Below are positions 49,141 through 60,400 of a stretch of 64,000 bases of DNA, one piece after another. The notes beneath the pieces are model-generated. The model was not told the origin of the DNA. It was given only the letters and a program-made list of their open reading frames with translations, and did not search any database. Position 1 is the stretch's first letter. Every line of letters begins with the position of its first letter. The stretch comes from Squalus acanthias (taxonomy: Eukaryota): assembly GCA_030390025.1 (NCBI GenBank), contig CM059432.1, positions 97,094,001-97,158,000 of the forward strand, written 5' to 3'. A program made the translations under genes and the position numbers.

Positions 49141-50142
49141 CAGCCCTATTATCCCTCCTCAAACCTTCTGTTCCTCTGACTCTGGCCTCTTCTGTACCCT
49201 TTAAGGACTGCTGGTTAGGCTGTTCAATGCCTGGTACAATGCACAATGTACAATTGTGTATCTAAAAATTGCAATCGGGGTCCTACAACTGGCTTACGAC
49301 CCCAAAATGCATATTTAAGCAGCCTCCACCAGATGCAGTCAGCATGTTGCTCGCCCATTTACAGGCTCACCTGAAAATTACATCAGGTGCCCCTTAGGCA
49401 TCATTGGGGTGGCTGAGGTGCCCCCTCGATTTTCAATTACTAGTCTCCCATTTATCAGGTGAGAAACAGACAGCTGGCCTTGAAAAATGGAACCCTGCAA
49501 CTTCTTAACTTGCCATCAGCGATAAGCTAAAACTTCCAATGGGAAATTAGTTTAATTAATTCAAATTTCCTACTGTAACGAATATAAGTTAACGTGACTT
49601 ATGGCGTTATGACAAGAAAGGGAAGCACTCAGCAATGTATAGGAAAACTGCAATGTAGAACATATTTGAATGGGCCCAAGTTATTTGTTTATGAATCAAC
49701 AAATGAAATGGAAAGATGCAGTTCTTGGAAGTAACAACATACCTCCTACAACAGTTAAAAGTTCTGGGCTATTATAATGAATGCCAAAATGTTCTGAAAT
49801 GCAAGGGATTGTAGAAACTAAATTAATGACGTGAAATGTGGCTTGGTTAAAAACAGAACACTCCAAAATACTTACCAAGCCAGAAAAAAGAATTGCAACC
49901 ATTAACAATATTTTGGAATGTCCTCTGACTCTTCGAATTCTGCTAAATCATAATATGTTTTCTCATAGATATGAAATAATAATCACAACTTTGAGTTGAT
50001 TTTTATCAAAAAAGTTTAGCATAGTCTTGCAAATCAGATATATTACATTCTTTGTCCATAATCATTTGCTGTTCACGACGTAGATAAATCAATTATTGTT
50101 TTTCTGTTTTCTGGGCAAGTTGTTGTAACTGTAAAACATATT

Positions 50143-51797
50143 GGCCCGGATTTTACAGTAAAGATAACGGTGAGGCTATCAACGTTCAACATTATTACGG
50201 AGAAAATCAGACAGCAACTGTCGGCGAGCGTACATGCGCAGTTAAATGTGGAAATCAGGAAGTTGCTGTCCTAGTTGCCCTGCTCCTCCAGAAGCTTTGC
50301 TCTCATCCAGAAACTTGCCATTCAAATACATGGAACATGTGAAGTTATGGTACTTACCCATTAGATACCTACTGAACTTGTCAGATCCATTCCAGTGTAA
50401 GTGAATTTTTAATGGTGTGGTACATCTTAATTACTGCTAAACAACCCCTCTGGCAGTGAAAATTAACTTTTACAAGTGTGGAGTCTGATTCCTACAGATT
50501 TAAATTATTGTTGTAGATTTAAAAAAATTAAAAATTAAAAAATTATTATTTTTACTTTTTCTTTCTGGCTCTTTTTCTCTCTCTCTTTTAATTCCATGTT
50601 TTATCCATCTCTTTTTCTCGCTTTCTGCACATGATTTGGCATTGAATTAAATATTCTAACTTACATTTGCTTGTTCAGACTCTGCGGGGGGAATTTTAAC
50701 CTCAAAAAAACAGGTGGATTGGCCCAACCTGCCTCCAACAAGCCCAATTCCAGTTTTAACGGAGGAAGAATGGGGGCGGGCAGCCAACCAGCTCCCAGAA
50801 GGCGGATCGGGCATTTAAATATTTTAATGAAGCTTGCATGCCTCATGGTTATCCACCATTCCAAATTTAACAGTGGCTGGTCGGGTTTCCCGGGCTTTGG
50901 TGAACCCACCAGCTAAAGGAAGGTAAGGACTGCTGGATCCAGGAGGTAAGTGCCTTTACAATTACCTCCTGGATCCAGCGTCCCTGTCTCACCAGCCCCC
51001 ACCCCACCCCCACTGTGATTGGATAGCTCCCTGAGGCCTCCGATCTGCGCCCCCCCCCCATGTATCCAATCCCCCCCCCCCCGCCACAAGGCCTCCGATC
51101 TTCCCCTGACCTCTCCTCGCCTGAAGCACCCGATCGCCTTTCCGGCCCCACTCACTGCAGCCCCGATGCTCCAGCGACCCCCAACCAACCACCACCTCCC
51201 CCCCCAACCAGGATGCTCCTCCGGCCTCTCTCCTCCAGCCCCAATGCTCCTCCGGCCTTCCTTCTCCAACCCCGATGCTCCTCCAACCCCCCACCCCATT
51301 GTCCTCCGGCCCTAGATCATCCTCTGGCTCCCCATTCCACCCCCGTTCCTCTTCCAGCCCCCGACCACACCACACCCCGCCCCCCAATCCGATTGCTCCC
51401 TCCACCCTCTCTGTGGCCTAGTGCCACAGGCCTATCCGACCGCAGGCAAGCAGTCTCTCCATTTGGCTGGCTGCAGGCGGCAATCGGTGCATTGAAATGC
51501 TAATCAGGTCTTGCCATTAAATTCGGCAGGACCTGCAGGTAACTCGTTCTCATGGGTTTCCCGTGCTTTCTAGCCACCCTGCTCCCGTTCCGCCTCTAGA
51601 TTAAAATTCCGGCCTGCGTGTCTCAGTAAGGATTCTTCAGTCTGATTGGTTACGGAGATACATAGTTGCTTGCCGTGTTCACACAGGTCCCAGATCCCCT
51701 GTAGAGGTCGCTCCGTCAAAGTGCTTTCGAATCACAGCACGTTCAAGTGCAAAGATCCACAGAAGGTCTATGGGTAACTACAAGTGCAATGAACGGC
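50143..51797. mobile_element. Outer Harbinger-type non-autonomous element, right end unclear
   Basis: Starts GGCCCGGATTTT; hosts the inner MITE and the duplication breakpoint. Confidence 0.55.
50686..51614. mobile_element. Harbinger-type MITE with C-rich core
   Basis: GGGGGGAATTTTAA / TTAAAATTCCGGCC; TSD TGC. Confidence 0.85.
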
Positions 51798-54022
51798 AGG
51801 CGCCAGAGCCACCCAAAGTGAAAGCCACTTTTCCCATCCCAAATTGCGAGGCTGGAGTCATTGGCATGGCTCATGTTGCACCCAGCCTGACTGAGGCCCG
51901 AAATGTCTCAATGACTCCATGTCATTCCAACACAGCAGATGCTCCTGTAAAAGGCCTCATGTGAACAGAGTGGCCCCAAATGGAGCTATCAAGCTATTGC
52001 TGAAAGTAATTGCCCCCTCAAGGAATTATTACTTGTTCCCTCCAGTGTTCTGTAGCCTTTACTAGGCGCTCAGCAGGCACAGGTTCTGTTGGGCCTATCA
52101 GTAGGCAGAAAGGGTGGAATATCCGAGGAAGTCCGGATACTCTCTCAGCTGTGCCCCCTTGACATGGAGTGTGGGGTCTCAGTAGATCTACCCTTGGCAT
52201 CCCTACCAGTAAATACAATTTTTCAGTATCTTTTTAGTATGCTTGTTGTTAAAAAATGTTTTACCCATTTGTCACACCATTTGCAGTGACCGGTAGTTAC
52301 AGCTGAAAAATATGGCTGATAGACCTGGTTGGTAACTAAGATCCTAGAATAGCTACATACATCAAGTTCATTGTAACATTTCATACCACCAGATGTATTG
52401 TTAAGAGGAACCTTTGGCCTCTTACAAAGAGTCTACAGTTTCTGGGACATTTCTGTTCCTCGACTTCAGTCCAACCCTAAGAATATCTATAGCTCTTATT
52501 CCTCTGATATTCTCAATCTTTCACAACATTGCTGAGAGTTGTGACATTCATGTGAGTTAGAATTAGATTTTCAGGTGCAACAGAATGACAAAAGATTGCC
52601 AATGACACAGTCATAGATTCTCAACAGACTGTGATCTGACCAGAAAAGTCAAAGCAACATTTAATTACGGTGTAGTTATTTAACTGGTATTTAACAAAAA
52701 ATACCAGTTTAGTCGTTTAGTCTTTTTTTTCATTACAATTTCTCATTTAAATAATCAGCAATCTTTTAAGATTGTAAGCATTTATCATTTTTTTCATAAC
52801 TTGTTGGCAACACCCATTACGGTTGGATTTTCTGAAAGTTTGCTTTTTTAAGGACTTATGGAAACCTCTCAAAATTACTTAAACAATGCATGCTAATGAT
52901 ATAAATCAAAGGTTTATGTCTGTGGAAGAGTCAGTCACATCTAAGGAAAATTCTGCACTTTATTGAAGGTGTTTGGATATATTCTTTGACTTCAAGGACT
53001 CACAAAATCTAGCAAGAGACAGCTCTCATAGCTGAGAAAGCAGAGGTGTAGAATGTCTATCTCATCAACTGGCCATGTGCAGGAATTCATAAGAAATCCT
53101 CTGATGTATCTAAATCAATGCTGGAATTATTGGGACCCAATGCTTTTGGATGCTGTTGCTATAGTCACATGCAGGGCAACCTAACAATACACCATTTCAC
53201 TGCTTTGATTATATGGAAGCAATTTACTGCTCAGTACTCTGCATATGTTTCCAACATCCTGTGTGAGAAATGAAGTCCCATAAGATCTATTTCTAGAGAC
53301 ATCAGAAGAGAATAAGGTAGCCCATTGGACCCCACTCTGTACCTGCTCATCCTTCTTCATCCACTACCTCTTTTGCTGCTTCATTACCAATGCCTATTGT
53401 TTCATGCAGTTTTTCCTCAGTAGATCATACATGGCTGCCACCCTATAGGATAAACTTTGCAAGGCCCGAAGCCATTGTGGCCTGGCTCACAGCCAGTGCA
53501 TATTATAAATTTGTAGGTGCACTGTTATTGCTTTTGTGATATGTACTGGCTGCCCATGAGGCTGCGCTGGTGGCACAATGCCTCACAAATTTTACCCTTA
53601 TGAGTGTATAAGCCTACTTATCCATTTAGGTCATTGTCAGCACATGAACTATTAAGCATGTGCTCTGTACGTGTTCAAATATGTGAGAATTCAGGCCCTA
53701 TAAGGTCTATATCCAAAGTCATTAGAAGAGGGTGAAGCACCCATTGGACCTTCTCTGATTTCTCTTCTTTGTCCCTGATCAGTTTTTCATAGACTGAATG
53801 GACATATTTACATAAGATAGGGAACAAAGTACAGAAAGATTTTTTAAAAACCTGATTTGTATAGCATCTTGTGACATCTTTCAGAAACATCCAAAGTACA
53901 TCACATGCAATTAATTAATTTGAAGTGTAGCCACTCTTATGTAGGCAAATGTAGCTGTCATTTTGCACATTGTGTGACCCCACAAATGCTAATGAGATGA
54001 ATGTCTAAGAAGGGTTTTATAG

Positions 54023-55061
54023 ACAAGCAAAATACTGCAGATGCTGGAAATCTGAAATATAAACTGAAAAAGCTAGAAATACTTTGCAGGTCAGGCAGCA
54101 TCTGTGGAGAGAGAGCAAAGTTAACGTTTCTGATCGATGATCTTTCATCAGAACTGGAACAGGTTTTAAAATGTAACAGGTTTTAAGCAAGTACAGAGAC
54201 TTGAAAAGGAGTGAGGGGAGGAAAGAACAAAGGGGAGGGTCTATGGTAGGATGGAAGGCAGGAGAAATTAAATGACAAAAGGTATGATGTTGCAAGGCAA
54301 AAGGGGGTGGTAATGGGACAAGTTAAGAAACAAAAGGCGGGTCTAGAGGAGGTGTAAATGGCAATAGCAGAATCATTACCAACAGCTGTTGTCCGAAAAA
54401 ATAGGAGCGGTGGTTATGATCTGAAATTGCTGAACTAAATGTTGAGTCCGGAAGGCTGTAAAGTACCCAATAGAAAGATGAGGTGCTGTTCCTCGAGCTT
54501 CCATTGAGCTTCATTAGAACAGTGTAGGAGGCCGAGGACAGAGAGATCAGAGTGGGAGTGGGGCGAAGAATTAAAATGACATGGATTGAACGGAGGTGTT
54601 CTGCAAAGTGATCACCCAATCTGCGTTTGGTCTTCCCAGTGAAGAGACCGCATCGTGAGCAGCAAATACAATATACTAAATTGAAAGAAGTACAAGTAAA
54701 ATTTATGTTTCATCTGGAAGGACTGTTTGGGGCCTTAGATGATGGGAAGAGAGGAGGTAAAAGGGCAGGTGTTGCATCTCCTGCGCTTGCACGGGACGAT
54801 GCCATGGGGAGGGGAAGGGTTGTTGTGGGTGATTGAACAGTGGATCAATGATGTTATGGAGAGAACAGTCCCGACGGAATGCTGAAAGGGGAGGAGAGGG
54901 GAAGATGTGTTTGTTGGTGGTGTCACGCTGGAGGTGGCGGAAATGGCGGCGGGTGACCTGTTGAATGTGGAGGCTGGTGGGGTGTAAGGTGAGGACAAGT
55001 GGAACCCTATCGTGATTCTGGGAGGGAGGGGAAGGGGTGTGAGCAGAATTGCGGGAAATGA
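54023..55061 (-). mobile_element. 5'-truncated Penelope-like element (GIY-YIG and hammerhead tail) inserted in a SINE
   Basis: CKRRRCNTC, GDHFAEHLRSI, LEEQHLIF, GLN; TSD GTTTTATAG (54014-22, 55062-70). Confidence 0.88.
54122..54151 (-). ncRNA. Minimal hammerhead ribozyme
   Basis: CTGATGA-aa-GATC-atc-GATC-a-GAAA-CG-TTA. Confidence 0.7.
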
Positions 55062-55371
55062 GTTTTATAGTGTTGATTGAGTGAGTAATATTGGCCAGGA
55101 GATCAGAAGATTCCCTGCTCTTCCTTTTTTAGGTCCTTGGAATAGTTGGCATCCACCTGAACTACTGGAACAGGCTGACAGCGCCTTAGTTTAATGTTTC
55201 ATCCACGTGAACTAGCAAAACAGTCAGATGGGTTTAATGTGTCCTCTTGCAGAGAGCCAGCACGGGCTCGACAGACCAAATGGCCTTCTACCATGCTGTA
55301 ACCATTCTATGATTCTATGATTCCAAAGACAAGATCACCATACATTTGATCAGTAAACTAGGCTAACACTT

Positions 55372-55704
55372 CAGTGAAGTACTGTAGGAGTGCTACATTA
55401 TTGGAGGAGCTCTCTTTTGGATGGGACATTAAACCAAGGCCTTGTTTGCAATCTCGGGTGCATATAAAAGATCCCATGGCAACATTCAAAGAAGAGTTTT
55501 CCCAGTATCCTGGCCAACATTTATCCCTCAACCAACATCACTAAATACAGATTATCTGGTCATTTATCATATTGCTATTTGTTGTGCACAAAGTGTCTGC
55601 TACTTTTCCCTACATTATAAAAATGACTACACTTGAAGAACACCTCATTGCTGGAAAGCATTTTGGGACATCCTGAAAGGTGCTATATAAATGCAGCTTC
55701 TTTC
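55372..55704 (+). mobile_element. Degenerate SINE body and tail with L2-like 3' end
   Basis: Ends TGAAAGGTGCTATATAAATGCAGCTTCTTTC; related minus-strand copy at ~53835-54003. Confidence 0.6.
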
Positions 55705-55710
55705 TTCTTT

Positions 55711-56147
55711 CATAGAAACATAGAAACATAGAAACATAGAATCTAGGAGCAGGAGTAGGCCATTCGGCCCGTCGAGCCTGCTCCACCATTCAATACGATC
55801 ATGGCTGATCATTCAAATCCAGTACCCTGTCCCTGCTTTAATCCCCACAGTACACATATCCCACCCTACCCCCGTATTTAATTCCCCCTAACATATCCCA
55901 TCCTATCCCCATAACCCCACATATTTAATCCCCACCTAACACTAAGGGTCAATTTATCATAGCCAAATCAACCTAACCCGCACATTTTTGGACAGTGGGA
56001 GGAAACCGGAGCACCCGGAGGAAACCCACGCAGACACGGGGAGAATGTGCAAACTCCACACAGACAGTCAGCCGAGGTCAGATTCGAACCCGGGTCCCTG
56101 GCACTGTGAGGCACCAGTGCTAACCACTATGCCACCGTGTTGCCCCG
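55711..56147 (-). mobile_element. HE1-like V-SINE
   Basis: A box TGGCATAGTGG, B box GGTTCGAATC, V-domain TGTGTGGAGTTTGCACATTCTCCCCGTGTCTGCGTGGGTTTCCTCCGGGTGCTCCGG, CR1-type tail (TTCTATGT)n. Confidence 0.88.
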
Positions 56148-57367
56148 TTTCTTTCACTGTTTTACTGTGAATCATTACACTTGTGCACAAAGGCTATTCT
56201 GCATACAGAGTAACATTTGATCTCACAACCTTACGGAAGCCTTGACAAAGTTGCATAAAACGTTACCTCATTTCTGGGTCCTGAGCAGCCTAACCAATGG
56301 TCCTTAAAGGAACCACTGGATGCCACTCAAAATTTTGTGGATTCAGAAGGAGGAGGAGTGCTCCTGCTGGTTTCACAAAACAATTGCAGGCCGCTACTGA
56401 CCCACCCTCACTCCCCTCCCTATCACCTCTACTCCACCCCACACTCCCTTCCCAGACTTACTTCTGGGCTTCGGTATAGACAAGCTGCATCGGGACACTT
56501 ATTTGGCACCTGCAACTGACTTGATTTATTTTTATGAGGCCTGAGGACTAATTTCCTGTGGTCCTTGGGCCTTTCCGTTACGGCACACTGTTGCTTCGTG
56601 CCACTGGAATTGCACCCGCTTTGGGGCGCTATGGATTTCAGACCCCACAGTGATTTTGAGAGCCAGCAAGGCAAAGACTTGCATAAATATGGTAACACCA
56701 TTGAATTGATAGATACAGAATTAATAAAAATGTTTTATATGTATATAGGATGTAGAGAAGCTGATCCCACTTGTGGGGGAGTCAAAGACTAGGGGTCATA
56801 AATATAAAATAGTCACTAATACTCCAATAAGGAATTCAGGAGAAACTTCTTTACCCAGAGAGTGGTTAGAATGTGGAACTTGCTACCACATGGAGTAGTT
56901 GAGGCAAATAGCATTGATGCATTTAATGGATGGTGTGTGACTTGGAGGGGAATTTGCAGGTGGTGGTGTTCCCATGCACTGCTGCCCTTGACCTTCTATG
57001 TGGTAGAGGTCACGGGTTTGGGAGGTGCTGAGATAATTCAAGAGTTAAAAATACATATGGGTATTTACAGACATAATCTGAGGGCTGCATGAATGTTGAA
57101 AGAGTAGGAAAGAGCTCTACTGCCATTATAATAGCTATCAGATATTCCAGCAAATGTAAGACATCAAGGAATAGGAGACAAACCAATCCTCTTGCAAATC
57201 AGGGGAAAAGCTCTTGATAAACTGATTACCTAGTAAGTGACATCAAGAACTTTTGATTTATTACCTACAACGTATCTCTAGAATGTATCAGACATTTTCA
57301 CTTTTTGTCTTTTGCTTCCCAGTTCCCTTCCCTTGACTAAATCTCTCCCATGTTCTTGTCTTCACAG

Positions 57368-57420
57368 ATGGTAAAACAGTTGTATTATTGGAAATGGTGT
57401 TTCCTTGCAATGTTTCTGGC
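57368..57420 (+). other. Candidate host exon start cut by the duplication junction
   Basis: Long pyrimidine tract, branch-like TTGACTAA and TTCACAG acceptor; two frames open (DGKTVVLLEMVFPCNVSG / MVKQLYYWKWCFLAMFL); no homology recognised. Confidence 0.3.
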
Positions 57421-60400
57421 TCTTTTTCTCTCTCTTTTAATTCCATGTTTTATCCATCTCTTTTTCTCGCTTTCTGCACATGATTTGGCATTGAATTAAA
57501 TATTCTAACTTACATTTGCTTGTTCAGACTCTGCGGGGGGAATTTTAACCTCAAAAAAACAGGTGGATTGGCCCAACCTGCCTCCAACAAGCCCAATTCC
57601 AGTTTTAACGGAGGAAGAATGGGGGCGGGCAGCCAACCAGCTCCCAGAAGGCGGATCGGGCATTTAAATATTTTAATGAAGCTTGCATGCCTCATGGTTA
57701 TCCACCATTCCAAATTTAACAGTGGCTGGTCGAGTTTCCCGGGCTTTAGTGAACCCACCAGCTAAAGGAAGGTAAGGACTGCTGGATCCAGGAGGTAAGT
57801 GCCTTTACAATTACCTCCTGGATCCAGCGTCCCTGTCTCACCAGCCCCCACCCCACCCCCACTGTGATTGGATAGCTCCCTGAGGCCTCCGATCTGCGCC
57901 CCCCCATGTATCCAATCCCCCCCCCCCCACAAGGCCTCCGATCTTCCCCCAACCTCTCCTCGCCTGAAGCACCCGATCGCCGTTCCGGCCCCACTCACTG
58001 CAGCCCCGATGCTCCTGCGACCCCCAACCAACCACCACCTCCCCCCCCAACCAGGATGCTCCTCCGGCCTCTCTCCTCCAGCCCCAATGCTCCTCCGGCC
58101 TCCCTTCTTCAACCCCGATGCTCCTCCAACCCCCACCCCATTGTCCTCCGGCCCTAGATCATCCTCTGGCTCCCCATTCCACCCCCGTTCCTCTTCCAGC
58201 CCCCAACCACACCACACCCCGCCCCCCAATCCGATTGCTCCCTCCACCCTCTCTGTGGCCTAGTGCCACAGGCCTACCCGACCGCAGGCAAGCAGTCTCT
58301 CCATTTGGCTGGCTGCAGGCGGCTATCGGTGCATTGAAATGCTAATCAGGTCTTGCCATTAAATTCGGCAGGACCTGCAGGTAACTCGTTCTCATGGGTT
58401 TCCCGTGCTTTCTAGCCACCCTGCTCCCGTTCCGCCTCTAGATTAAAATTCCGGCCTGCGTGTCTCAGTAAGGATTCTTCAGTCTGATTGGTTACGGAGA
58501 TACATAGTTGCTTGCCGTGTTCACACAGGTCCCAGATCCCCTGTAGAGGTCGCTCCGTCAAAGTGCTTTCGAATCACAGCACGTTCAAGTGCAAAGATCC
58601 ACAGAAGGTCTATGGGTAACTACAAGCGCAATGAACGGCAGGCGCCAGAGCCACCCAAAGTGAAAGCCACTTTTCCCATCCCAAATTGCGAGGCTGGAGT
58701 CATTGGCATGGCTCATGTTGCACCCAGCCTGACTGAGGCCCGAAATGTCTCAATGACTCCATGTCATTCCAACACAGCAGATGCTCCTGTAAAAGGCCTC
58801 ATGTGAACAGAGTGGCCCCAAATGGAGCTATCAAGCTATTGCTGAAAGTAATTGCCCCCTCAAGGAATTATTACTTGTTCCCTCCAGTGTTCTGTAGCCT
58901 TTACTAGGCGCTCAGCAGGCACAGGTTCTGTTGGGCCTATCAGTAGGCAGAAAGGGTGGAATATCCGAGGAAGTCCGGATACTCTCTCAGCTGTGCCCCC
59001 TTGACATGGAGTGTGGGGTCTCAGTAGATCTACCCTTGGCATCCCTACCAGTAAATACAATTTTTCAGTATCTTTTTAGTATGCTTGTTGTTAAAAAATG
59101 TTTTACCCATTTGTCACACCATTTGCAGTGACCGGTAGTTACAGCTGAAAAATATGGCTGATAGACCTGGTTGGTAACTAAGATCCTAGAATAGCTACAT
59201 ACATCAAGTTCATTGTAACATTTCATACCACCAGATGTATTGTTAAGAGGAACCTTTGGCCTCTTACAAAGAGTCTACAGTTTCTGGGACATTTCTGTTC
59301 CTCGACTTCAGTCCAACCCTAAGAATATCTATAGCTCTTATTCCTCTGATATTCTCAATCTTTCACAACATTGCTGAGAGTTGTGACATTCATGTGAGTT
59401 AGAATTAGATTTTCAGGTGCAACAGAATGACAAAAGATTGCCAATGACACAGTCATAGATTCTCAACAGACTGTGATCTGACCAGAAAAGTCAAAGCAAC
59501 ATTTAATTACGGTGTAGTTATTTAACTGGTATTTAACAAAAAATACCAGTTTAGTCGTTTAGTCTTTTTTTTCATTACAATTTCTCATTTAAATAATCAG
59601 CAATCTTTTAAGATTGTAAGCATTTATTATTTTTTTCATAACTTGTTGGCAACACCCATTACGGTTGGATTTTCTGAAAGTTTGCTTTTTTAAGGACTTA
59701 TGGAAACCTCTCAAAATTACTTAAACAATGCATGCTAATGATATAAATCAAAGGTTTATGTCTGTGGAAGAGTCAGTCACATCTAAGGAAAATTCTGCAC
59801 TTTATTGAAGGTGTTTGGATATATTCTTTGACTTCAAGGACTCACAAAATCTAGCAAGAGACAGCTCTCATAGCTGAGAAAGCAGAGGTGTAGAATGTCT
59901 ATCTCATCAACTGGCCATGTGCAGGAATTCATAAGAAATCCTCTGATGTATCTAAATCAATGCTGGAATTATTGGGACCCAATGCTTTTGGATGCTGTTG
60001 CTATAGTCACATGCAGGGCAACCTAACAATACACCATTTCACTGCTTTGATTATATGGAAGCAATTTACTGCTCAGTACTCTGCATATGTTTCCAACATC
60101 CTGTGTGAGAAATGAAGTCCCATAAGATCTATTTCTAGAGACATCAGAAGAGAATAAGGTAGCCCATTGGACCCCACTCTGTACCTGCTCATCCTTCTTC
60201 ATCCACTACCTCTTTTGCTGCTTCATTACCAATGCCTATTGTTTCATGCAGTTTTTCCTCAGTAGATCATACATGGCTGCCACCCTATAGGATAAACTTT
60301 GCAAGGCCCGAAGCCATTGTGGCCTGGCTCACAGCCAGTGCATATTATAAATTTGTAGGTGCACTGTTATTGCTTTTGTGATATGTACTGGCTGCCCATG

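Larger units (their letters stand above)
46285..49260 (+). mobile_element. Degenerate L2 LINE interrupted by other elements
   Basis: LQSGFHPSHST and YTDDIQLY (YADD-like); resumes at ~49143 after a CR1. Confidence 0.7.
50562..57412 (+). repeat. Tandem segmental duplication, unit 1 (6851 bp)
   Basis: All ORFs recur at offsets 6842-6873; junction at TTTCTGGC. Confidence 0.97.

Noticed and set aside
49876..49940. Possible minus-strand exon ending at GTAAGT (IRRVRGHSKILLMVAILFSGL)
   Set aside because: Opposite strand to the other candidates and no homology recognised.
50913..51503. Gly- and Pro-rich ORFs in the MITE core (also 38012-38742 and 57746-58345)
   Set aside because: Low-complexity G/C tracts; frames differ between duplicate copies.
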